Under the pieces are notes generated by a model. It was given only the letters and a program-made list of their open reading frames with translations, was not told where the DNA came from and made no database searches. The translations under genes and the position numbers were made by a program. A stretch of 64,000 bases of DNA from an uncultured bacterium (GTDB lineage: Bacteria; Verrucomicrobiota; Lentisphaeria; Victivallales; UBA1829), in contig CACWOL010000005.1 in the NCBI GenBank assembly GCA_902762495.1, positions 28,213 through 92,212 of the forward strand, written 5' to 3'. This document shows positions 34,934 through 42,546 of the stretch, in pieces. Each line of letters opens with the position of its first letter. Position 1 is the stretch's first letter.

Positions 34934-35497
34934 TTATTCCGTTTTGCCGCCCGCGGGATTCTTTTCGATCTCGTTCTTGATGCCGTTCAGGATGCCGTTG
35001 ATGAAGAGGCCGGATTTCTCGTCGCTGAAATCCTTCGCGATCTCGATCGCCTCATCGATGCTCACCACGTGCGGGATGTCCGGGCAGTACAGCATCTCGG
35101 CCACCGCCACTTTCATGATGTTGCGGTCCACGGCGGACATGCGGTCCACGTCCCATTTCTCGGAGAACTTGCCGAGGTAATCGGTGATGACGTCGTCGTT
35201 GGCCTGCGCGTTTGCGATCAGGTTTTCGGCGTAGGCTCTGGCGCGGCGGAAGACGCGTGCGTCGGCGAACTCGCCGGACTCCTCGGCCTGCGCCCAGAAA
35301 TCCTCCATCGTGTTCGGTTCGGTCACGCTGTCCCGGATGTCGCATTCGAAAAGGTACTGCATCGCGAGCTCGCGGCCGAGGCGCTTGAAGTGCTGGTGCG
35401 GCTGGAAATGCGGCTGATGCGATTTTCTGCCGTTCGCGGCGTGTTTTTCCGGGGCGGCGTCTCCGGCTTCGTGTTCAAAATCGGATTCTGTGTTCAT
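34934..35497 (-). CDS. nusB: transcription antitermination factor NusB with ~45-aa N-terminal extension
   Basis: 187 aa. Motifs GRELAMQYLFECD and AVDRNIMKVAVAEMLY. Classic position after ribH. Confidence 0.85.
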   Translation of the reverse strand: MNTESDFEHEAGDAAPEKHAANGRKSHQPHFQPHQHFKRLGRELAMQYLFECDIRDSVTEPNTMEDFWAQAEESGEFADARVFRRARAYAENLIANAQANDDVITDYLGKFSEKWDVDRMSAVDRNIMKVAVAEMLYCPDIPHVVSIDEAIEIAKDFSDEKSGLFINGILNGIKNEIEKNPAGGKTE

Positions 35498-35549
35498 AGC
35501 AATTCGGGAAAATAGGCTGGATTCTGGAGAAAAGGGGAGGGGCGGCGGC

Positions 35550-36026
35550 TCAGAGTTTCTTGTTCAGGTTCGCCATTTCGATCGCGGCGACCGCCGCGTC
35601 CGCGCCGCGGTTGCCCGCCTTGGTGCCGGAGCGTTCGATGGCCTGTTCGATGTTTTCGACCGTGACGACGCCGTAGATGACCGGGACGCCGCTCTCCATG
35701 CCGATCTGGGCGAGGGATTTCGAGACCTGGCTGTAGATCGTGGAGGCGTGGGCGGTCGCGCCCTGGATGACCACGCCGAGCGCGATCACGGCGTCGTACT
35801 TGCCGCTTTTCGCGAGCTTGGAGACCGCGAACGGGAGTTCGAATGACCCGGGCACCCATGCCTGGGTGATGTTCCCGCGGCTGCCGCCGTGACGGACGAT
35901 CGCGTCGACCGCGCCGCTGAAGAGTTTGGAGACGAAGAATTCGTTGAAACGTGCGCACACGACGGCGATTTTGAGTCCGGCGGCGCTGAGGTTGCCTTCC
36001 AGTACGGTGAGTTCGTCTTTTGCCAT
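35550..36026 (-). CDS. ribH: 6,7-dimethyl-8-ribityllumazine synthase
   Basis: 158 aa. Contains WVPGSFELPFA..AVIALGVVIQGATAH. Confidence 0.9.
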   Translation of the reverse strand: MAKDELTVLEGNLSAAGLKIAVVCARFNEFFVSKLFSGAVDAIVRHGGSRGNITQAWVPGSFELPFAVSKLAKSGKYDAVIALGVVIQGATAHASTIYSQVSKSLAQIGMESGVPVIYGVVTVENIEQAIERSGTKAGNRGADAAVAAIEMANLNKKL

Positions 36027-36092
36027 GATGGTTTCTCCTGATGTATGTTGATATTTTGTTGTGATTTCAGTTCGTTTTTGTGTGGTGCGAGT

Positions 36093-37283
36093 TCAGATGA
36101 GATGCCCCATCTTCTCGCGTTTCGTATCCAGGTAATGCTTGTTGAACTCGCCCGGTTCGATCACGATGGGGACGCGTTCGTCGATGACGAGGCCGTAGCC
36201 GTCGATGCCGACCACTTTCATCGGGTTGTTCGTGAGCAGGCGGAGGTGTTTCACGCCGAGGTCGAGCAGGATCTGCGCGCCGATGCCGTATTCGCGGAGG
36301 TCGGGCGGGAATCCGAGGCGGATGTTCGCCTCGACGGTGTCGCAGCCTTCCTCCTGGAGCTTGTACGCGCGGAGCTTGTTCGCGAGCCCGATGCCGCGTC
36401 CTTCCTGGCGCAGATAGACCAGCACGCCCGCGCCTTCCTTCGCGATCATGCGCATGGCCGTGTGGAGCTGGTCGCCGCAGTCGCAGCGCATGGAGCCGAA
36501 GACGTCGCCCGTGAGGCATTCGCTGTGCATGCGGACGAGCACGGACTTCGCAGATGCGACGTCGCCGAGGGTCAGCGCCAGATGGCACGCGTCGTCGAGC
36601 TTGGAGCGGAACATGTGGAGCATGAAATCGCCGTACGCGGTCGGGAGCTTCACGCAGAGTTCCTCCTCCACGAGCTTTTCCTTCCTGCGGCGGTATTCGA
36701 TGAGGGAGGCGATGGAGCAGAGCTTGAGCCCGAATTTCTCCTTGAACGCCGCCAGGTCGTCCAGACGCGCCATCGTGCCGTCGTCCTTCGTGATCTCGCA
36801 GATGACCGCCGCGGGCTGGAGCCCGGCGAGGCGCGCGAGGTCCACGGACGCTTCCGTGTGGCCGGTGCGCTGGAGCACGCCGCCGGGACGCGCCGCGATG
36901 GGGAACACGTGTCCGGGGATGCCGAAGTCTTCGCGTTTCGCCGCCGGATCGAGAAGGGCTTTGATGGTGGCGGCGCGGTCGGCTGCGCTGATGCCGGTGG
37001 TGCCGGTGAGCACGTCGACGCTCTCGGTGAACGCCGTTTTGAAGTGGTCGGTGGAAGGCGCGCGGTAGATGCCGAGTTCCTTCGCCCGCGCCTCGGTGAT
37101 CGGGGCGCACACGAGTCCGCGTGCATGAGTGATCATGAAATTCACATGTTCCGGCGTGATCTTTTCCGCCGCGCACACCAGATCGCCTTCGTTCTCGCGT
37201 TTTTCGTCGTCCGTGACGATCACGAGCCGGCCTGCGCGCACGTCCTCCAGGACGCTTTCCACGGTGTCGAACCTGCTGTCCAT
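36093..37283 (-). CDS. ribBA: bifunctional 3,4-dihydroxy-2-butanone-4-phosphate synthase / GTP cyclohydrolase II
   Basis: 396 aa. N-half has [12 protein letters not shown]; C-half has [18 protein letters not shown] and [13 protein letters not shown]. Confidence 0.9.
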   Translation of the reverse strand: MDSRFDTVESVLEDVRAGRLVIVTDDEKRENEGDLVCAAEKITPEHVNFMITHARGLVCAPITEARAKELGIYRAPSTDHFKTAFTESVDVLTGTTGISAADRAATIKALLDPAAKREDFGIPGHVFPIAARPGGVLQRTGHTEASVDLARLAGLQPAAVICEITKDDGTMARLDDLAAFKEKFGLKLCSIASLIEYRRRKEKLVEEELCVKLPTAYGDFMLHMFRSKLDDACHLALTLGDVASAKSVLVRMHSECLTGDVFGSMRCDCGDQLHTAMRMIAKEGAGVLVYLRQEGRGIGLANKLRAYKLQEEGCDTVEANIRLGFPPDLREYGIGAQILLDLGVKHLRLLTNNPMKVVGIDGYGLVIDERVPIVIEPGEFNKHYLDTKREKMGHLI

Positions 37284-37349
37284 TCTCGATTTACCTCGTA
37301 ATTTGTTCTGCGGTATCGGGATCTTCGCCTAAAGAACATCTGCGACGCT

Positions 37350-37515
37350 GCAATGATTCTCTCTTCCGGACTGCCTCGCCGCCCGCCGCGCCGAATGCGC
37401 CTGCGTGCGGTCCGTTCACCGTCGGTCGTGGGATTCCACCACGTCGGTCAGCTTGCGCCGGTTCGCGGACTTTCACCGCCGGTCTGGATTCTCACCAAAC
37501 CCCGAATGACTGCAA
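37350..37515 (-). promoter_or_regulatory. FMN riboswitch (RFN element) in the ribBA leader
   Basis: Minus strand reads ..TTCGGGGTTTGGTGAGAATCCAGACCGGCGGTGAAAGTCCGCGAACC..GACCGACGTGGTGGAATCCCACGACCGACGGTGAAC..CAGTCCGGAAGAGAGAA, matching the conserved RFN core blocks. Confidence 0.85.
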
Positions 37516-37542
37516 TGTGTCTGTTGAAAAAATGCAAGTTAT

Positions 37543-37571
37543 AATATACACGCGCTGGAAGGAAATGTCAA
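37543..37571 (-). promoter_or_regulatory. near-consensus sigma70-type promoter driving the riboswitch/rib operon
   Basis: Minus strand TTGACA (37571-37566), 17 nt, TATATT (37548-37543), about 25 nt upstream of the aptamer. Confidence 0.6.
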
Positions 37572-37747
37572 GTTCTGACAAAGGAAATGAGGGAAAAACG
37601 CCGGATGGCGGATGATTTGATTGATCAATCGCATGCTGTTCGCAGTGTGCGGGAGAAAACGCGGACTTTTGCGGATGTTTTTGAGGAGAGAAATGCTTGC
37701 GGAAATTGAGCAGTTTTTGTTCCGAATGTTTCGAGGAAACGGATAGA

Positions 37748-37756
37748 TGTTATAAT
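37748..37756 (+). promoter_or_regulatory. extended -10 promoter element (TGnTATAAT)
   Basis: TGTTATAAT at 37748-37756. There is no good -35. It would give a ~215-nt leader before the ATG at 37980. Confidence 0.35.
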
Positions 37757-37979
37757 AGAGCTAAATTTAAGAGGGACAGAGCATTAAAAATATAAATTAT
37801 TTCTTTTCCGGCACAATAAAACGCCGCATCGGAGCGTTATTTGATTTAGAAACGGCATTATGTCCGTAATAATCCCGGCGAAATCTCCTCCTTCCCGGTA
37901 GAGGACTGTTCCTTTGCCACACCCCCGAGAAACGGAGTCACGCCCCCTCAACGCCCCAAACTATGAAGGAGAACGGGAA

Positions 37980-39161
37980 ATGAGAACCATTTTGATCTTT
38001 GCCAATCTGATCCTTGCGGCATTCGTCGCGTTCCACGGATACGAATGGCTGAGCGAGCCGAAGGCGGAAGCCGAAGTGGCGACATCGGTCAAGAAAGAGC
38101 GCCGCGCATCGGAGCCGCAGCCCCGGCCCATCTCGGTGCAGCAGACGTTTCCGCAATTCGGATTCGGATTCAATGCCGCGCCTGTGCCCATGTCGACGGA
38201 CAATCAGGTCGCGACGACCGTGGCACTGAACATCTTCGACCCCGAACGCGCGCCGAAGGCGGTGAACACGAACCGCAGGACGGCGGCGATGCCGGTCAAC
38301 CGCGGCGACATGACGCTCGTCGGTACGTTCACCATCGGCAGAGTCGCCGGAGCGATCATCCTTCAGCGCGGCATGCAGATGATGAACATGTGGCAGCAAC
38401 CCGGACGCAACAATAATAACAACCGGAACAACAACACGCCCAACGCCGAGGAGCTTGCGGCGGCGCAGGAACAGCAGATGCAGGAGGCGCTGGCGAACCG
38501 TGCTGAACTGACCTCTCTGCTTCAAGCCCTTCAGATGAGCCCCGATGTCACGCCTCAGCAGACCGAACTGCTCCGTCAGCGCCTGAACCGTTCCAACGAG
38601 CAGATCGCACTCCTTCAGAATCAGAACCAGCAGCGTGCCATGGGGCGTGACGGACTGTCCGCGGACGGCGTTACGGCCACGGCCAACGCGTCCAATTCCA
38701 ACAAGCAGTATTTCCGCATCGGCGAAACGCTCCCGAACGGATACACGCTCGCGGCCGTGACTTCATCGAGCGCCACGCTCACGCGCGGACAGGAACAGCC
38801 GATTGAACTCACCATGCAGAAAACGAACGGAAATGCGGGCATGGGCGGTTTCGGCGGCGGCATGGGCGGATTCGGTATGGGCGGCTTCGGCGGCATGGGC
38901 GGTTTCGGAGACATGGGCATGGGTGGCTTCGGGGGCATGGATTTCGGCGGCGGTATGGGCGGCTTCGGCGGCGGCATGGATTTCGGCGGCGGCATGGGCG
39001 GCTTTGGCGGCGGCATGGACTTCGGTGGAGGCATGGGCGGCTTCGGTGGCGGTGCCGGCTTCGGCGGCGGCGCCGGTGGTTTTGGCGGTGGCTTCGGCGG
39101 CGGCGCCGGTGGTTTTGGCGGTGGCTTCGGCGGCGGCATGGGCGGTTTCGGAGGATTCTGA
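37980..39161 (+). CDS. membrane-anchored protein: GspC/PilP-like beta segment split by a Q/N-rich coil, ending in a G/M/F/D/A-only tail
   Basis: 393 aa from ATG 37980 with GGAG upstream. TM ILIFANLILAAFVAFHGY; motif VATTVALNIFDPER; N/Q-rich residues ~134-245. Residues 284-393 contain only G, M, F, D and A. Confidence 0.7.
   Translation: MRTILIFANLILAAFVAFHGYEWLSEPKAEAEVATSVKKERRASEPQPRPISVQQTFPQFGFGFNAAPVPMSTDNQVATTVALNIFDPERAPKAVNTNRRTAAMPVNRGDMTLVGTFTIGRVAGAIILQRGMQMMNMWQQPGRNNNNNRNNNTPNAEELAAAQEQQMQEALANRAELTSLLQALQMSPDVTPQQTELLRQRLNRSNEQIALLQNQNQQRAMGRDGLSADGVTATANASNSNKQYFRIGETLPNGYTLAAVTSSSATLTRGQEQPIELTMQKTNGNAGMGGFGGGMGGFGMGGFGGMGGFGDMGMGGFGGMDFGGGMGGFGGGMDFGGGMGGFGGGMDFGGGMGGFGGGAGFGGGAGGFGGGFGGGAGGFGGGFGGGMGGFGGF
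38829..39158 (+). repeat. coding low-complexity repeat array (GGMDFGGGMGGFG x3, GGAGGFGGGFG x2 and variants)
   Basis: 39-nt and 33-nt units recur with synonymous variation (ggc/ggt/gga). Antisense P/K-rich and A/E-rich ORFs over this stretch are shadows. Confidence 0.85.
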
Positions 39162-39247
39162 TCCCCTCGAAAACTGTGAAGACGTTAAGCTCTGCCCAAA
39201 TTCGATGAAAAAATAGGTCCTATAAGTCCCATAAGTCTTATTGTGCA

Positions 39248-39370
39248 CGAGCGGAAGCCGCGCACTACCCAAGTCGAGGCCATGCCTCGCGAGCGGAAGC
39301 CGCGCACTACCCAAGTCGAGGCCATGCTTCGCGAGCGAAGCCGGACACTACCGCAGTTGAGGATTTGTCC
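39248..39370. repeat. 42-nt intergenic tandem repeat, about 2.9 copies
   Basis: CGAGCGGAAGCCGCGCACTACCCAAGTCGAGGCCATGC(C/T)TCG at 39248 and 39290 (1 mismatch). A degenerate third copy starts at 39332 and runs into the waaA stop (39371). Confidence 0.9.
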
Positions 39371-40645
39371 TCACTCCCGGACTTCGGCGAGGATCTTTTC
39401 GAGCGCGCCGCGGCTTTTCAGCATGACGGCGCGGGCGCGTTCGCCGAGTTCGCGGCGTTTCGCGGGATCGGCGAGCAGGCCGCGAAGAGCGCCGACAAGC
39501 TCGTCGTCCTTCATCACGCGCAGCACGGCGTCGCTCTTCACGAGGGCGTCGAGCGCCTGACGGAAATTCTTCAGCTGGCGTCCGCAGACCACGGGCTTGC
39601 CCATGACGGCGGGCTCGATGATGTTCTGTCCCTCGTCGTTTCCGGCGAGCGTCTTGCCCATGATGATCAGGTCCGCCCCCTTGATGAGGCGCGCGAGTTC
39701 GCCGGTCGTGTCCGCCAGCAGCACGGCGAATCCCTGTTTGTCGCCCCTGTCGTTGCTCCGGCGGTGGTAGCTCAGACCGCGGTCGCGGATCATCTTTTCG
39801 ATGTCGTTGCCGCGTTCGGCGTGGCGCGGCACGAGCACGAGCCGCAGGGCGGGGAATTCCTTCTGAAGCGCCAGGAACGCGTCGAGGATGAGCGGTTCCT
39901 CCGGGCTGTGCGTGGAGGCCGCCAGCAGGACCGTGATGCCCTGTTCGCCGAAGATCGCGGGGAAGTCCGCGCCGTCGCTAGCGGGCGGGGCCTGGTCGAA
40001 CTTGATGTTGCCGCACACGGACACGCGCTCTTCGATGCCGGGCGCGATCGTGAGCAGGCGTTCGCGGTCGAGTTCGGTCTGCGCGCAGATGCGGTCGAAC
40101 TTGCGGAGCATGGGCGCGATCACGAACCGGAACCGGCGGTATCCGCGATACGAATGGTCGGAGATGCGCGTATTCGCGAGCATGAGCTTCGCGCCGGAAC
40201 GTTTCGCCGACGAGATCAGCTGCGGCCAGAGTTCGGTCTCGAAGATCACGAGTTTCGAGGGGCGGATCAGGCGCATGGCGGACCACACGAAGAAACACCA
40301 GTCGATGGGGCAGAAGATGACCTTCACGCGCGCCGGATCGGTTTTGTTGCGCGCGATCTCCTGCGCCGTGGTGGTCGTCGTGCTCAGGATGAACTTGCGG
40401 TCGGGTTCCGCCTCCGCCCACGCTTTCAGCAGAGGCAGCGTGAGGTTCGTTTCGCCTACGCTCACGGCATGAAGCCACACCGCGCCGCGCCATTCCTTCA
40501 GCTCGCGGCGCCGTGCCGCGCCGAAGATGCCGAAGCGTTCGCGGTAGGTCGCCTTGTACCCGGACCGCCGGATGTATTTCACGATCAGGCCGGGCAGGTA
40601 GAACAGAAACACCAGCGGGAAGAAAAGATTATAGAAGAACAGCAT
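39371..40645 (-). CDS. waaA: 3-deoxy-D-manno-octulosonic acid (Kdo) transferase
   Basis: 424 aa. N-terminal membrane helix, WLHAVSVGE motif, GT30 pattern. Confidence 0.9.
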   Translation of the reverse strand: MLFFYNLFFPLVFLFYLPGLIVKYIRRSGYKATYRERFGIFGAARRRELKEWRGAVWLHAVSVGETNLTLPLLKAWAEAEPDRKFILSTTTTTAQEIARNKTDPARVKVIFCPIDWCFFVWSAMRLIRPSKLVIFETELWPQLISSAKRSGAKLMLANTRISDHSYRGYRRFRFVIAPMLRKFDRICAQTELDRERLLTIAPGIEERVSVCGNIKFDQAPPASDGADFPAIFGEQGITVLLAASTHSPEEPLILDAFLALQKEFPALRLVLVPRHAERGNDIEKMIRDRGLSYHRRSNDRGDKQGFAVLLADTTGELARLIKGADLIIMGKTLAGNDEGQNIIEPAVMGKPVVCGRQLKNFRQALDALVKSDAVLRVMKDDELVGALRGLLADPAKRRELGERARAVMLKSRGALEKILAEVRE

Positions 40646-40691
40646 GCGCGGCTTGCCTCTGGGGTGAAATTGAATTCAAAACGGGATATAT

Positions 40692-40720
40692 AATATACAT
40701 CTTTTTCCCGAAAAAGGCAA
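40692..40720 (-). promoter_or_regulatory. sigma70-type promoter for waaA
   Basis: Minus strand TTGCCT (40720-40715), 17 nt, TATATT (40697-40692). The -35 lies inside the first 47-nt repeat unit. Confidence 0.45.
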
Positions 40721-40808
40721 GCCCTCCGCTGTGGTTGTGCTCTGCTACGCGAGAGCACGGAAGGCAAGCCCTCCACTGCGGCGGAGCGGCGCACTGCTAC
40801 GGCACTGG
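40714..40808. repeat. 47-nt intergenic direct repeat, 2 diverged copies
   Basis: AAGGCAAGCCCTCC(G/A)CTG(T/C)GG....CTGCTACG.. at 40714 and 40761. Copy 1 contains the hairpin GTGCTCT-N8-AGAGCAC. Confidence 0.7.
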
Positions 40809-40816
40809 TTGCAGTG

Positions 40817-41653
40817 TCAGCGGGAATTCTTCGCGCAGTATTTCTCGATGACGCGGACGAGGTGTCCGAGCGGGGGGATCCAGCCGGGCGCGACCTCGGC
40901 ATAGGCGGCGAGGAGGAGTTCGGCGGTGGCGTCGCAGGAGATGAAGTCGTCGAGCGCGGGTCTGTGCTTCGCGGCCTCGATGCAGATCGCTGCGCCGAGA
41001 GACCCCAGGTCGCGCAGGATGCTGCGTTCGGTGAGGTGCCCGGACCAGGACTGAAGCCAGCCTGGATTCCAGAGGGAGAGGACGGCTCCGCGGTAGTAGA
41101 AATGGGCGAGGCGGAAATCGCCGTGGAAGAGTTCGGCGGAGTGGAGCGCGGCGATGAGGCGGGAACTGTCCTCGATGAAGAGCGCGACACGTGCGCGTGC
41201 GTTCGGTCGGCAGAAGATGTCCGTGACCTCGTCGGCGTCGGAGACGGCCTCCATGACCAGATAGACGGCCTTGATGAGGAGCCCTTTCCTGCGGATGCCG
41301 ATGGCGAGGACGGCGGGGGTGGAGACTCCTGCGTCGGCGGCGAGGGCGGCCCATTCGGCGCGGCGGAAGGGGTTCGCGCGGGAGAAGAGCGTGCGGAATC
41401 CGAGGCCGGTCGGGTAGACGCGTTTTTTGAGGTAGAGCGCGGGCGTGCTGTCGGTCCCGGGGCGAAGTCCCGACCAGAATCCGGGCGTGCCGTCTGGCAT
41501 GATGTGCGGCTCGAAGAAATCGTCGATGCGGAGGATGTCGTCGTTGGAGATGGTGAACCGCTCGGGGACGGGGAACATGAATCTGAGGGCGCCGTCGGCG
41601 GCGTTGACGAAGAGCGGCGTGTTGCCGCTGGGCGTGAAGATATGTTTGCTCAT
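40817..41653 (-). CDS. lipopolysaccharide kinase (Kdo/WaaP/InaA) family protein, paralogue 2
   Basis: 278 aa from ATG 41653, with an ATGA overlap with the upstream stop. Contains LIAALHSAELFHGDFRLAHFYY. The track start 41710 would overlap the upstream gene by 61 nt. Confidence 0.65.
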   Translation of the reverse strand: MSKHIFTPSGNTPLFVNAADGALRFMFPVPERFTISNDDILRIDDFFEPHIMPDGTPGFWSGLRPGTDSTPALYLKKRVYPTGLGFRTLFSRANPFRRAEWAALAADAGVSTPAVLAIGIRRKGLLIKAVYLVMEAVSDADEVTDIFCRPNARARVALFIEDSSRLIAALHSAELFHGDFRLAHFYYRGAVLSLWNPGWLQSWSGHLTERSILRDLGSLGAAICIEAAKHRPALDDFISCDATAELLLAAYAEVAPGWIPPLGHLVRVIEKYCAKNSR

Positions 41654-42546
41654 GCGTGAAGTCCTCCATAGTCGAACCGGAGTTTGCGTTTGTTCAGCCA
41701 GCGGACGCACGCGACATCCATGACCTCGGATGCGGCGGGTGCGGGTGTTTTCGCGACGGCGGAATAGGCGCCGAGCAGGTCGTTCGTGACCCGGTTCAGG
41801 TTGAAGAAATCGTCGGGGAACGCGGGGTTCCGTTCGGCGAAGATCAGGACGGACGAGACGATGCGGCCGAGCTCGCGGACGAGGAATTCATGCGGGATCC
41901 CGCCGGGGCGGAAGAGCTGGGCGGAATCCAGGTCCCAGACGCCGCAGGGGGCGTCGTCGGCCGTGCGGTAGAGATTGACGAGTTTCAGGTCGCCGTGGTA
42001 GAAACCATGGTCGTGGAGCGCGGCGGCCACGCGGGCGACTTCGCGGATCAGCGCGGGCATCCCGGCGGGGGCGTCGGGGCGTTCGATCACGTAGGACATC
42101 AGGTCGCGGGCATCCGTCAGGGCTTCGGTGACGAGGTATCCGGCGAGCAGGAAATGCGCGAAGCGTTTCTCCCCTGCGGCGAGCACGCGCGGGGTCATGA
42201 TCCCGGCTTCCTCGACGCGCTGTGCGGCGGTCGCGGCGCGGAAGACGCGGGCGGGGATGAAGAAGTATTTGAAGATGTACTCGAAGCCGTGGATGCGGTT
42301 TCGCTTCACGAAGATCTTTTTGTCGTCCGGGAGCGTCAGGACGGAGGCGCTGGACGCCCACGATTCCTTTATGCGGTCTCCGTCGCGGATCATGCGGTCG
42401 GCTTCTGCGAAATGCTCCGCGAGGTAGTCCTGCGCGGGGCCGGACGCGACGGCGAACCGGTACGTGCCCTTCCGGACTTCGCAGACGCCGGGCAGCGCCA
42501 GGAACCGTTCACGGCAATGGAAGTAATCTGTGCCTATTTTTTTCAC
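41650..42546 (-). CDS. lipopolysaccharide kinase (Kdo/WaaP/InaA) family protein, paralogue 1
   Basis: 298 aa with a GTG start at 42546 (GTGA overlap with the M28 stop). Contains VAAALHDHGFYHGDLKLVNLY. Confidence 0.65.
   Translation of the reverse strand: MKKIGTDYFHCRERFLALPGVCEVRKGTYRFAVASGPAQDYLAEHFAEADRMIRDGDRIKESWASSASVLTLPDDKKIFVKRNRIHGFEYIFKYFFIPARVFRAATAAQRVEEAGIMTPRVLAAGEKRFAHFLLAGYLVTEALTDARDLMSYVIERPDAPAGMPALIREVARVAAALHDHGFYHGDLKLVNLYRTADDAPCGVWDLDSAQLFRPGGIPHEFLVRELGRIVSSVLIFAERNPAFPDDFFNLNRVTNDLLGAYSAVAKTPAPAASEVMDVACVRWLNKRKLRFDYGGLHA

Noticed and set aside
37587-37709. 40-aa plus-strand ORF (MREKRRMADDLIDQSHAVRSVREKTRTFADVFEERNACGN) in the AT-rich gap
   Set aside because: It has only a weak, abutting purine stretch as RBS. 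It lies upstream of the only promoter-like element on that strand. Its composition is not distinguishable from chance in a 400-nt non-coding region.
39243-39560. 105-aa ORF reading through the 42-nt tandem repeats (..ERKPRTTQVEAMPRERKPRTTQVEAM..), and the possibility that the repeats are a CRISPR array
   Set aside because: The ORF continues antisense into waaA and has no start context. The repeats are contiguous with no spacers and no cas genes are present, so this is not CRISPR.
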